A stretch of 32,000 nt of DNA. Origin: Candidatus Baldrarchaeota archaeon (lineage in GTDB: Archaea; Asgardarchaeota; Baldrarchaeia; Baldrarchaeales; DXJG01). A program made the position numbers and the translations under genes. The stretch is from NCBI GenBank assembly GCA_019056805.1, contig DXJG01000009.1, positions 156,015-188,014 on the forward strand, in the 5' to 3' direction. Numbering within the stretch: the first letter of the stretch is position 1; each line of letters opens with the position of its first letter. Of this stretch, positions 9,693-18,018 are shown in pieces. The notes under the pieces were generated by a model, which was not told the DNA's origin, searched no databases, and saw only the letters and a list, made by a program, of their open reading frames with translations.

Positions 9693-9994
9693 AATTCAGG
9701 CACCTCCAGATTATTTAGAATAATCATGCTGGCAAAAGTAGATCTTTGATACAGTATTTTAAAGTTGAAAAACATATGTTTGGAAGCTATTTTAATAGAG
9801 AATACAATCCCTCACGCTTTTGGCCTCCTTCTTCTCTAATTATTACTTACTCACATTTAAACTTATGGATTAAAAGACTCGACGATTAATGTCCCTAGAA
9901 TGTTAAAACTGAGAGATTTTATAAGGTGATTGCCACTTAAATATTATGGAAAAATTTAGATTTAAGTTTAAGAACTTCTATTTAGGTGTCTTAA

Positions 9995-10747
9995 TTGCCG
10001 ACATGTCCTCAATGTGGTAATACTGTTTCGCCTGACGAAGTTATTTGTCCTTTTTGTGGTTATAGAGTTGGTACTGAAGAAGTTAAGAGGGTTTTTGAAG
10101 AAGAATATGAAGAAAGAGTACCACCTAAACCCGTATTGACAAAGCTTAAACTTTTATTCATTTCGCCTAAAGAAACTTTCAAAGATCTTGCATATTTTCC
10201 AGAAAATTCCGGCACTTTCTTAATATTGTTGATATGTGCTGTTCTTTCTACCTTAACCATACTTGCAGTTCTTTCTCATTTAAATATAGAAATAAGCTAT
10301 ATGTCTTATATCAGTTTTTTCTTTGGAGGATTCTTTGCTAATTTTATTTTATATGTAATAATATGGTTATTTTTTTCTCTATGTTATTGGATTCCTACTC
10401 GTTTATTTTTTGGGAAAATTAGTTTTAGGAAAGTTTCAGCATTTTTAGGCTATGCTTTGGTAACATTTATTCCAGCTAACTTCATAACTCTAATATTGGC
10501 TCTGATAATTGTACCGCGAATACCTTCTTCAGAAACAGATATTTTAACATTTATTCAAGAAGCACTTAACATACCACCATTTAATATCTATCATATGATC
10601 TTTCTTCCATTTTTGATTGGAACGGGTATACTATATGCTTATGGTGTTAGAGAGGAATTCAAAACTAGTTTTGTAAAATCACTGATTTTTTCTCTTTTTA
10701 CAACAATACTTATCTTACTATTTATTTACAAACTTCTATACCCCTAA
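9995..10747 (+). CDS. Yip1-domain multi-pass membrane protein with N-terminal zinc ribbon
   Basis: N-terminal CPQC-x10-CPFC; LFISPKETFKDLA motif followed by about 5 hydrophobic segments, typical of Yip1 family. Confidence 0.7.
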   Translation: MPTCPQCGNTVSPDEVICPFCGYRVGTEEVKRVFEEEYEERVPPKPVLTKLKLLFISPKETFKDLAYFPENSGTFLILLICAVLSTLTILAVLSHLNIEISYMSYISFFFGGFFANFILYVIIWLFFSLCYWIPTRLFFGKISFRKVSAFLGYALVTFIPANFITLILALIIVPRIPSSETDILTFIQEALNIPPFNIYHMIFLPFLIGTGILYAYGVREEFKTSFVKSLIFSLFTTILILLFIYKLLYP

Positions 10748-10750
10748 AAA

Positions 10751-11758
10751 TCAAGCTATTTTTATCTTTAATTTTAGCGGTTTAGCAAGTCTTTCATCAA
10801 CTATAAATATTGCATCTCCTGTTTTCAATCCTAAATCCGAAATTCTCAAATTTTTATCCGAAATTATTTTTCCCTTTATTATAATTTCTGGATTGGCAAG
10901 TCCATATGTAATTATTAACCTGTTTTTAAGCTGGTTTAATGTTTCTTGTTGCTCTAACGTATAGTCGACTCCCTCTATTCTATATTTATCGCTACAAACC
11001 ACACATTCGGGATTTCTTTCCAATTTTATCTTTGTAAGTGATTGCGAAACACCGTCATAAAAAACATAGTTCTCCAATATATTAGGTATTCCTAAGAGTA
11101 TCTTAAGTACTTCTTGAGTTTGTATTCCCCCAATAACAGTAGCTATAGATGCTACAGTTGGAATCTTTTCTTCTTCAACCTTAACTTTTCTTCTTACTCT
11201 ACCCGGCGGTGTACACATTTTTTGAAGCTTTTCTGGTGGTATCAATGGTTGACATTCAAGACAAGCTGTCTTGAACGGTATAACTACTTGAACATTACCA
11301 TACCAACCATAAAAACCTCCATGAACCAAAGGCTTGGACAAGCTTACACACATAGAATTCAACCATCTTCTAACTTCAAAACTATCCAAACCGTCAACAA
11401 TAACATTACATTTTTCAAAATAAGATGTGTCTACTTTCCTTATATCCTTATTTAATGCAACTATTTTTATTTCAGAATTTACCTCCTGAAGCCTTTTCTT
11501 TGCAATCTTCACTTTTGGTTTATTAAGATCATCTTCCCTATATAATAACTGTTTACTTAAATTTGATAACTCTACTGTATCAAAATCAACAAGTATAAGT
11601 TTTCCAACCCCCATCATAGCAAGATTTAAAGCTACAACTGAACCTAAAGCTCCAACCCCAGCTATCAGCACACAGGAATCTTGGAGCTTCTTTTGATCCC
11701 ATTCTTTTAAAAGCAACTGTCTATTATATCTCTCCTTATCTGAACCTATTTTCTTCAA
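10751..11758 (-). CDS. Ubiquitin-activating enzyme E1 (ThiF/UBA family) with C-terminal ubiquitin-fold extension
   Basis: RYNRQ, AGVGALG, DFDTVELSNLSKQ, CLEC and CVVC Zn pairs, candidate catalytic Cys in KMCTPP; likely TTG start at 11758 after AGGAGG (ORF track 11800). Confidence 0.9.
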   Translation of the reverse strand: MKKIGSDKERYNRQLLLKEWDQKKLQDSCVLIAGVGALGSVVALNLAMMGVGKLILVDFDTVELSNLSKQLLYREDDLNKPKVKIAKKRLQEVNSEIKIVALNKDIRKVDTSYFEKCNVIVDGLDSFEVRRWLNSMCVSLSKPLVHGGFYGWYGNVQVVIPFKTACLECQPLIPPEKLQKMCTPPGRVRRKVKVEEEKIPTVASIATVIGGIQTQEVLKILLGIPNILENYVFYDGVSQSLTKIKLERNPECVVCSDKYRIEGVDYTLEQQETLNQLKNRLIITYGLANPEIIIKGKIISDKNLRISDLGLKTGDAIFIVDERLAKPLKLKIKIA

Positions 11759-11772
11759 TTTTATCCTCCTAA

Positions 11773-12237
11773 CTACCCATATTTCCCTAATTTTTCCCAA
11801 GTAGCATATTTTCTGATCCAGTCTTTAACTTTCTTCTTAAATTTTTCAGGATTTTTCTTCATTTCACGAGCTGCATCACGATTAAGCGGATCATCTGGAT
11901 TAGGATAATTTAACAAGTTTCTTATTGTTTCCACTACACCTGTAAGTGATATTGTTGGTGTCCAATCTTTCCCTAATATTCCGACACATACACGCCCCCC
12001 ATAAATGTTAGGATGCCAAATTGGGGTAAGAAACTTGACTTTTGGCGGATCAAATGGAAATGTTCTCGGTATCTCTATTTCGATTTCAAAAACTCCTCCA
12101 TCATAAACACCCGTACCTAAAATATATCCTCTCCACTTTCTCAAGTCGCCTTTTATGGGTTTAAACGTAGGTTCTTCTTCTCTAAGTAACTTTGCTTCGT
12201 AAGCTAATCGAGCCCAAAATTCTTCTTCATTTAGCAT
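11773..12237 (-). CDS. Ubiquitin-conjugating enzyme E2
   Basis: UBC fold motifs W.G.I.G..YDGG.F, FPFDPP, HPNI...RVCVGIL (catalytic Cys), W.P, P.P.DPLN..AA. Confidence 0.95.
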   Translation of the reverse strand: MLNEEEFWARLAYEAKLLREEEPTFKPIKGDLRKWRGYILGTGVYDGGVFEIEIEIPRTFPFDPPKVKFLTPIWHPNIYGGRVCVGILGKDWTPTISLTGVVETIRNLLNYPNPDDPLNRDAAREMKKNPEKFKKKVKDWIRKYATWEKLGKYG

Positions 12238-12269
12238 TGCACTTCACTTCAAAATTGTAGAAAATTTAG

Positions 12270-12503
12270 TTAACCGCCAGTTGTACGAACTATTAAAAAT
12301 ACTTTGTCGTACTCACCGACACCTACTTCTTCTAAAGTTTGACTATCTTCAAGTTGTTTTCCCCTAAATACTAGAAGAACTGTTGATTCAGGTATTTTTT
12401 TATTTTGAGCTATTTGTTTCCTTAAATCTCTTACAGTCGTTTTCGGCGGCACATCAACATCTATTACATCTCCACCTATTGCTGAGACTATTTTTATTTT
12501 CAA
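12270..12503 (-). CDS. Ubiquitin-like protein, eukaryote-type, encoded with mature C-terminal GG
   Basis: 77 aa; LLVFRGKQLEDSQTL aligns with ubiquitin RLIFAGKQLEDGRTL; ends TTGG-stop; TTG start overlaps the RING stop. Confidence 0.93.
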   Translation of the reverse strand: MKIKIVSAIGGDVIDVDVPPKTTVRDLRKQIAQNKKIPESTVLLVFRGKQLEDSQTLEEVGVGEYDKVFLIVRTTGG

Positions 12504-12760
12504 GAGGGTCCCTCCAAACTTGCTAATAATTTATTTTCTTTAAGAGGACGTCTACAATGCGGACATATACCCTTAACATGAAGCCATTCCAACATGTGTT
12601 CCCTATGAGCTGGATAATAACAATAGGGGCAAAAAACTACATCATCTTTGTCCTTGATCTCTAAAGCACAAATCATACATCTCTGGGGCTTTGTCCAGTC
12701 CCATTCACCTACTATCTTTACATTTGAAATTAAAAACCTCGTACAATTTGTTTTGTTCAT
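12500..12760 (-). CDS. Small RING-finger protein, putative E3 ligase
   Basis: CMIC...CPYC...HREH..EW.....CPHC cross-brace ligand pattern; first gene of the RING-Ub-E2-E1 operon. Confidence 0.85.
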   Translation of the reverse strand: MNKTNCTRFLISNVKIVGEWDWTKPQRCMICALEIKDKDDVVFCPYCYYPAHREHMLEWLHVKGICPHCRRPLKENKLLASLEGPS

Positions 12761-12908
12761 TTTAGCGTCTCTCTACATAAACTCATTTGTTGTAATATTT
12801 ATTGAACATTTAGTTTTTAACATTGCGCATTAATATATTCATTACTGCGAACTTTACAATAACATCAATACCTAAATTAAGTTCAAGCGTATACGTAATA
12901 AATGATAG

Positions 12909-13349
12909 GTGAGTAATTTGCAAGAAAAAACTAGAAGAACTTCGCCGAATAAAAAAACAATCAATCTTGAAGTTGAGGCCATAAAAACTCCAGCAGGCCT
13001 CGTACCCACTGTAAAAAGTGTGGAGAATATCGTCACTGGTCTTAACGTAATCAGTGAAGACATAGCCGATGTTCGCGACACGTTGCTCGAAAGAGTGTTA
13101 AATGTTGAAAAAGATGTTATTAGCATTAGAAAACTACTTGCAGAACAAATCGTAGCGTTAGAAGCAACAAAAGAAACAATAAAAACATTATCTTCGAAAG
13201 TTACTGATGTAATTGAACAGTTTACCGAAAAATGGCGAGAGATGGAAGAAACCATAATGAGCATAGATGTAACCCTCAGAGAGATTCAAGAAAGATTAGA
13301 AGAAATAACTATTAAAATGGAGGAAGAAGAAAAAACCATAGAATATTAA
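12909..13349 (+). CDS. Uncharacterised coiled-coil protein
   Basis: 146 aa; heptad-like helical pattern from about residue 38 to the end; GGTGA at start; sits between the Ub and ESCRT operons. Confidence 0.7.
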   Translation: MSNLQEKTRRTSPNKKTINLEVEAIKTPAGLVPTVKSVENIVTGLNVISEDIADVRDTLLERVLNVEKDVISIRKLLAEQIVALEATKETIKTLSSKVTDVIEQFTEKWREMEETIMSIDVTLREIQERLEEITIKMEEEEKTIEY

Positions 13350-13472
13350 TCACAGCAATTTAAAATATTTATTAGTATTTTGTTCTAAAAATTTATGAGG
13401 CAAATACTTGATTAAGTTAATTAACCTCTTGAAACCATAAAATTAGTTTACCTCTCAGAGGAGTGAAACAAA

Positions 13473-14204
13473 TTGGATGTTAACTTTGACTATGTACTAG
13501 CTCGTGAAGCTCAATTAATGTTTAAAAGAGCTCCCGGATTTGAACCTATTAACGGAGACTTAAAGCGATGGAAAGGCAAAGTTCGAGGGGGAGACAACAA
13601 CTGGATTGAAGTTGAAATAGTAATTCCAGAAACTTTTCCAAATGAACCTCCAATAGTTAAGGTTTTAACTCCAGTAGAACATTCATACGTTGATTCTTCA
13701 ACTGGTCGAGTAAACCTACGTATTCTATCAGAATGGCGCCCAGAATACCACGTGTATCAAGTCGTAAATTCTTTAAAAGGCCTCTTCGTCAGAATACCTC
13801 CGAAAATAGTTAAAACTGCACCTCCCGTTACTCCACCTAGCGAAGATGTTGAACTATTAAGACAACGAATCCGACATTTAGAAGATCAAGTTAGACAACT
13901 ACAGAGAATGCTACATGAAAAAGATGAAGAAATAGCACGTCTCCGAGGACTCATAGCCGTTCACAATGTTCCTGAAAAAGAAACAGAAGTTAAAACCATA
14001 CTTCTCCCAAGCGACGAAAAAGAACGTAAAACTCTTGAACTAGAAAGCGAAAAAATAGCTGTCGAAGATCTAATAAAGAGTTTAAATGAGAAATTTGAAT
14101 CCGGCGACATACAACCTTCAGATTACTATAAACTATACAAAAGATACAGAAAAGAACTCTATCTAATCAATAAGAAACTCGAGGAACTCCGCAAGGGGGA
14201 ATAA
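13473..14204 (+). CDS. vps23: ESCRT-I Vps23/TSG101-like protein (UEV, Pro-rich linker, coiled coil, steadiness box)
   Basis: UBC-like N-terminus with the catalytic Cys replaced (HSYVDSSTGRVNLRIL..W); PPKIVKTAPPVTPP linker; coiled coil; C-terminal AVEDLIKSLNEKFESGDIQPSDYYK..KRYRKELY. Confidence 0.85.
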   Translation: MDVNFDYVLAREAQLMFKRAPGFEPINGDLKRWKGKVRGGDNNWIEVEIVIPETFPNEPPIVKVLTPVEHSYVDSSTGRVNLRILSEWRPEYHVYQVVNSLKGLFVRIPPKIVKTAPPVTPPSEDVELLRQRIRHLEDQVRQLQRMLHEKDEEIARLRGLIAVHNVPEKETEVKTILLPSDEKERKTLELESEKIAVEDLIKSLNEKFESGDIQPSDYYKLYKRYRKELYLINKKLEELRKGE

Positions 14205-14205
14205 A

Positions 14206-14814
14206 ATGAGAAAAGAAGACAAAGCCATCGATGTCGAAGCAAACTTTTACGCTTGCATCGCTACCCTAGATTCACTAGTAAGGTTTTTTGAAGAAGGAAA
14301 AATAGATCCAGCTATATACAAAAGACAACTACAATCCCTCTTTCGTGACATATTCAAATTTCAAAACATGCTACGAGAAAAAGGTATAGATGTACAATCA
14401 TTCATAGAAAGAGAACGTTTAAAGGAACAGTTTCCCCTAGCAATCCAAAGATTAGAAGCCCCACCTCTAGAAGGAAAAGGACCCACCGAGATTCTTGAAT
14501 CACCCATTGCTGTTGCTTTTAAAGCAGCTGAAATAGTTGCAGATCTAATAACTATTATCGATGCTGCTAAACTTGAAACAATAGCAAATGCAAAAATGTT
14601 AGTCCCATTACTTGAAGACGCATTAATACTCTTAGAAGCTTTTCCTGGTCTTGATAAGGACTACTGGGTTTTGAAAAGCATGAGAAAATGGAGGGACTAC
14701 CTCAGCAATCTTCCTCCTGACAAAGTATTACCACCGGATGAAGTAAAGAAGCTTGAATTTGAAGCTGTAAGATGGCTTAATGACTTTAGAGGGAGATTAA
14801 AAACTTTAAAATAA
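14206..14814 (+). CDS. vps28: ESCRT-I Vps28-like protein
   Basis: N-terminal hairpin ANFYACIATLDSLVRFFEEGKI...Y; C-terminal bundle AEIVADLITIIDAAKL...LVPLLED...W...L...KKLEFE. Confidence 0.85.
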   Translation: MRKEDKAIDVEANFYACIATLDSLVRFFEEGKIDPAIYKRQLQSLFRDIFKFQNMLREKGIDVQSFIERERLKEQFPLAIQRLEAPPLEGKGPTEILESPIAVAFKAAEIVADLITIIDAAKLETIANAKMLVPLLEDALILLEAFPGLDKDYWVLKSMRKWRDYLSNLPPDKVLPPDEVKKLEFEAVRWLNDFRGRLKTLK

Positions 14815-14824
14815 GGGATTATGA

Positions 14825-15112
14825 ATGAATGTTGCCGTAGAATTGACAGAACGATTAATCAAACTCATAGATATGTTAGAACTCCGGTTAAACATAGAAT
14901 ATGTTTTAGAAGAATTGGATATGGTTTTATATTTTTCCAAAGCCTTTTTAGGCCTAAACCACAAAGTTACTAAAGAGGCAGAAGAATGGTATAATTTCCT
15001 CTGGGAAAAATACAATAAAAACCCAGGAGCAGTCATTAGTGAAGAGGATTCGAAAAAACTTGTTATGAAAGCTAAAGTTTGGTTTAATATTGTGAAAAGA
15101 ACCTTATGTTAG
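14825..15112 (+). CDS. Stand-alone Vps28 C-terminal-domain-like protein
   Basis: 95 aa; aligns by eye over its full length to the C-terminal half of the adjacent Vps28 (A.E...LI..ID, AF.GL, V.K...W...L, P..V....KKL...A..W.N). Confidence 0.65.
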   Translation: MNVAVELTERLIKLIDMLELRLNIEYVLEELDMVLYFSKAFLGLNHKVTKEAEEWYNFLWEKYNKNPGAVISEEDSKKLVMKAKVWFNIVKRTLC

Positions 15113-15121
15113 GTGAATAAT

Positions 15122-15862
15122 TTGGGATTACATGAAATAGAAAAGCAAGTTAAAATGAAATCCGCTTTCCAAAGAAAAAGAGTAGAATTAATGATGGAAG
15201 AATTAAAAGGGATGTTAAATACAGTAAAAGAACTGAGGGAAAAAGTAGAAGAATTCGAAAAAGAATATGAAGACCTAATAATGGAATTACCTGAATATCA
15301 AAGAAAGCTAGATGCAATTAAAGCTGAAGTTGGGCTCCCTACAACAGAAGAATTTGTAATTAAAAAGAAAAAACCAGGACTACTTGAAAAAATCACAGGT
15401 AAAGGAAAATTCTACGAAGAACTGTCAATGAAAATCTTAGATATTGCTACAAAAGCAGCAAAAGAAACCGGAGGCATCATATCTCTTGCTGATTTAATTC
15501 TAAGGGTTAATAAAATTATTCGTGATATTTCAATTTCTCCAATGGATGTTGTAAAAGCTCTTAAAAAACTTGAAGAGGCCGGGTTAATCTCTGGAGTTAG
15601 AAAACTTAAAAGTGGGGTAAAAATCGTAGAAGTTTATCCCGTGGAACTAACCAAAGATCAAAATGAAATTTTAAGTCTTGCATCTAAAAAGGGCTGGATT
15701 ACCTTAGAGAACGTTATGGTTGAAACAAAATGGAGTAGAGAAAGAGCAATGAGAGCATTAAAAAGCCTCGAAGAAGCAGGGATAGCTATTTACGATCCAA
15801 GTTATACAAAAGGATCTAGATGGTACTTCCCTGGGTTCGTTGGAGAGAAAAAGACAAAATAA
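15122..15862 (+). CDS. ESCRT-II Vps22/Vps36 (EAP30)-like protein
   Basis: N-terminal helical LGLHEI...EEFEKEYEDLI...PEY...I.AEVG; FYEELSMKI...GGIISL; two C-terminal winged helices; probable TTG start at 15122 after AGGTGA (ORF track GTG 15113). Confidence 0.85.
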   Translation: MGLHEIEKQVKMKSAFQRKRVELMMEELKGMLNTVKELREKVEEFEKEYEDLIMELPEYQRKLDAIKAEVGLPTTEEFVIKKKKPGLLEKITGKGKFYEELSMKILDIATKAAKETGGIISLADLILRVNKIIRDISISPMDVVKALKKLEEAGLISGVRKLKSGVKIVEVYPVELTKDQNEILSLASKKGWITLENVMVETKWSRERAMRALKSLEEAGIAIYDPSYTKGSRWYFPGFVGEKKTK

Positions 15863-15902
15863 ACTTACCCTATTTTATTTAATAAGAACTAAAAAGAGAA
15901 GA

Positions 15903-16298
15903 TTAGTCTGATTTATCTTCATTTTCCGATTTAAGTGCTTCGCTTAAAGTTTTTACTTCATTTTCTCCTCTTCTTTTAATCATTATTACAGGTTCTCTGC
16001 CCTCTATTCTTCTTTCCAACCGTTTAATATCTATTAAGTCAATTTTTGTCACTAATCTTCTACTTATGAAGAGATATATGATAACATCTTCTATTTTCTT
16101 CGCTACCTTCGGTTTATGCGCCCTTAGTTCCATAAAATATTTGTAAGCATCTGGCATTAATACAGCTTTAATTATCGCCATTTTTTGCTGTTCAACCTTT
16201 TTTTCTTGCTCTTCCTTCTTCTTTTCCTCTTCCATCTTTTTCATAAGTTCTAGCATTTTTTTCCTCATAATTCTTTGCAGCTCTGGATCCATGTTCAT
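15903..16298 (-). CDS. PDCD5-family dsDNA-binding protein
   Basis: DPELQRI, acidic/basic helix, QKMAIIKAVLMPDA...KPKVAKKIE...KID..IK.L pattern. Confidence 0.75.
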   Translation of the reverse strand: MNMDPELQRIMRKKMLELMKKMEEEKKKEEQEKKVEQQKMAIIKAVLMPDAYKYFMELRAHKPKVAKKIEDVIIYLFISRRLVTKIDLIDIKRLERRIEGREPVIMIKRRGENEVKTLSEALKSENEDKSD

Positions 16299-16488
16299 AC
16301 CTCCACTAATACCATTTTCACCTTAATGGAGTTAACAAATAATCATCATGTTACTTATATTGCTAGTTGCGAAGTATGCCAAAGTAAAGCTAAAGCCGTA
16401 GTATCTATTTTCAGAATGTATTAAAAACTTACTCTGGAGAAGTATTGTGCGATAGAATTTAAATCTGTTTAAATATCCTATACATAGG

Positions 16489-17787
16489 ATGGTTCAAATG
16501 TCTTTAGAAAGATTGTTTACCAAAGAGTTTGAAAATACTATTAGAAGAGTCTTAAAAGAGATCAAAGAAAAACATGAAACGTTAGCAGAAGTAAGGCTTA
16601 AAAAAGATATTAAAATTATTGAAGATAAACTTTTGACAAGCTTTAAACCTTTTCCAAAAGATGTGGTTTTTGATGAAGATTTTCTTGTAGGAGCGATTGA
16701 TGGTAGCGGAGTTTCCCCACTACTAAGATACGATGATATCATGATACATTTAGTTACAGCTTATCTCTCTGTTCATACTACTGGAACAAAAATAAACTCC
16801 CCAATGAAAAAAGTTGAAGTTACAGGTTATCCACCCATACCCGATGGCGGTAGACTAATCGAAGCATTCTGGTTCTCCATGGACGAAGGTCAAATGTGGA
16901 ATTACCTAGAGAAATTTATTAATCGTACCTATATGATAGACAACCTAGATACGCTGCTCTATCCCTATTTTTCCGACATATCTGGGCGCAAAATCGAAAG
17001 CATCAATGACATCATTGAACTATTAGGCCCTAGATACAGAAACATTACCGGGATCAAAGATCTCATAATTTTGCCTCCTGCAACATCCATAAGAATAATA
17101 CACGACCTCCTTAGGGAGATAACCGAACTCTCTCTAGCAAAAAGAGTTTTAAAATCAAGTTTGTCGATCAAATATTTACTCTTAGACACTACAATGACCC
17201 TTCTCATACCTAAAGGCATAGTTCATCCAAATCTTATTACAGATTACATGCTTAGAGATGTCGTATATGAAGCTAGGAAAAAGAACACCATTGTTATAGC
17301 AATAGCAAAATCCCACACAATTCCATGCACTAACGCCATAGCTAAAATAGCAGAACAAAAATTCGGAAAAAATGCTCACTGGTTCTGTAGACTACCCGGA
17401 GATGAGGATCCAGAAGGGAAGCTAAAAATCTTAGAGGGAAGAAGATACATCCCACCCCGAGGAGCTGTCACCTACATATTTCGCTTCTCATATACAATGC
17501 CTGTCTTCAGACTAGATCTAGATCGTAAGTGGTGGGAGAAAAACGTCTATAGTGACGATTTAAAAGAAATGAAAGAAAACGAAATAACGCTATTTAGAGA
17601 ACTAGATTTCATGAGCCATGATGCACGATGGTACGGATACCCAATGCCTCTTTCCTACGCTCACGACGGATGCACCATCAAAGACGTCGAAGGAATGCTT
17701 TTAATAGAACAAGCCATCAGCATCGCTAAAGAAGAAGGATTTGAAGAAGAGAAGCTAATTACACCAAGAAAACTAATCGGAATATAG
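16489..17787 (+). CDS. nurA: NurA 5'-3' nuclease
   Basis: GAIDGSG, LLDTT, IAKS, GYPMPLSYAHD motifs; upstream of herA-mre11-rad50. Confidence 0.85.
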   Translation: MVQMSLERLFTKEFENTIRRVLKEIKEKHETLAEVRLKKDIKIIEDKLLTSFKPFPKDVVFDEDFLVGAIDGSGVSPLLRYDDIMIHLVTAYLSVHTTGTKINSPMKKVEVTGYPPIPDGGRLIEAFWFSMDEGQMWNYLEKFINRTYMIDNLDTLLYPYFSDISGRKIESINDIIELLGPRYRNITGIKDLIILPPATSIRIIHDLLREITELSLAKRVLKSSLSIKYLLLDTTMTLLIPKGIVHPNLITDYMLRDVVYEARKKNTIVIAIAKSHTIPCTNAIAKIAEQKFGKNAHWFCRLPGDEDPEGKLKILEGRRYIPPRGAVTYIFRFSYTMPVFRLDLDRKWWEKNVYSDDLKEMKENEITLFRELDFMSHDARWYGYPMPLSYAHDGCTIKDVEGMLLIEQAISIAKEEGFEEEKLITPRKLIGI

Positions 17788-18018
17788 ATTACATCCTAAA
17801 CTAGACGGATAAGCTGAAATATAATAAATCAAAATTCGCAAAATTATTTCTCGATATATTTTTCTTCTTCTTTTCAAGGAAGGATTGAAAACTTGAGTTC
17901 ATATGCATAAAGTAAATTATTAAGAGAAATGTATATTGAATAAATGATATAAGCGAATCTAATTTATTGTTATTAAGAGATCAGAAGGAAGCTGGACTAT
18001 AACTTTGGTGGGAAAATA

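Noticed and set aside
9995-10050. Yip1 zinc ribbon as an NZF ubiquitin-binding finger (CxxC-x10-CxxC)
   Set aside because: Lacks the NZF Trp, Asn and TF signature; the spacing is shared by common archaeal zinc ribbons.
13800-13830. KTAPP in the Vps23 linker as a PTAP late-domain motif
   Set aside because: The first Pro is missing; indistinguishable from a generic Pro-rich linker.
16326-16462. Two short frames (MELTNNHHVTYIASCEVCQSKAKAVV... and ...YSGEVLCDRI) resembling a broken TtuA-type Zn-finger start
   Set aside because: Too short, separated by a stop and frameshift, with no canonical slippery site or BHB; overlaps likely divergent promoters. Could be chance or a small relic.
17871-17891. 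Inverted repeat TTTTCAA-N7-TTGAAAA upstream of herA
   Set aside because: A 7-bp AT-rich stem is expected by chance at this base composition.
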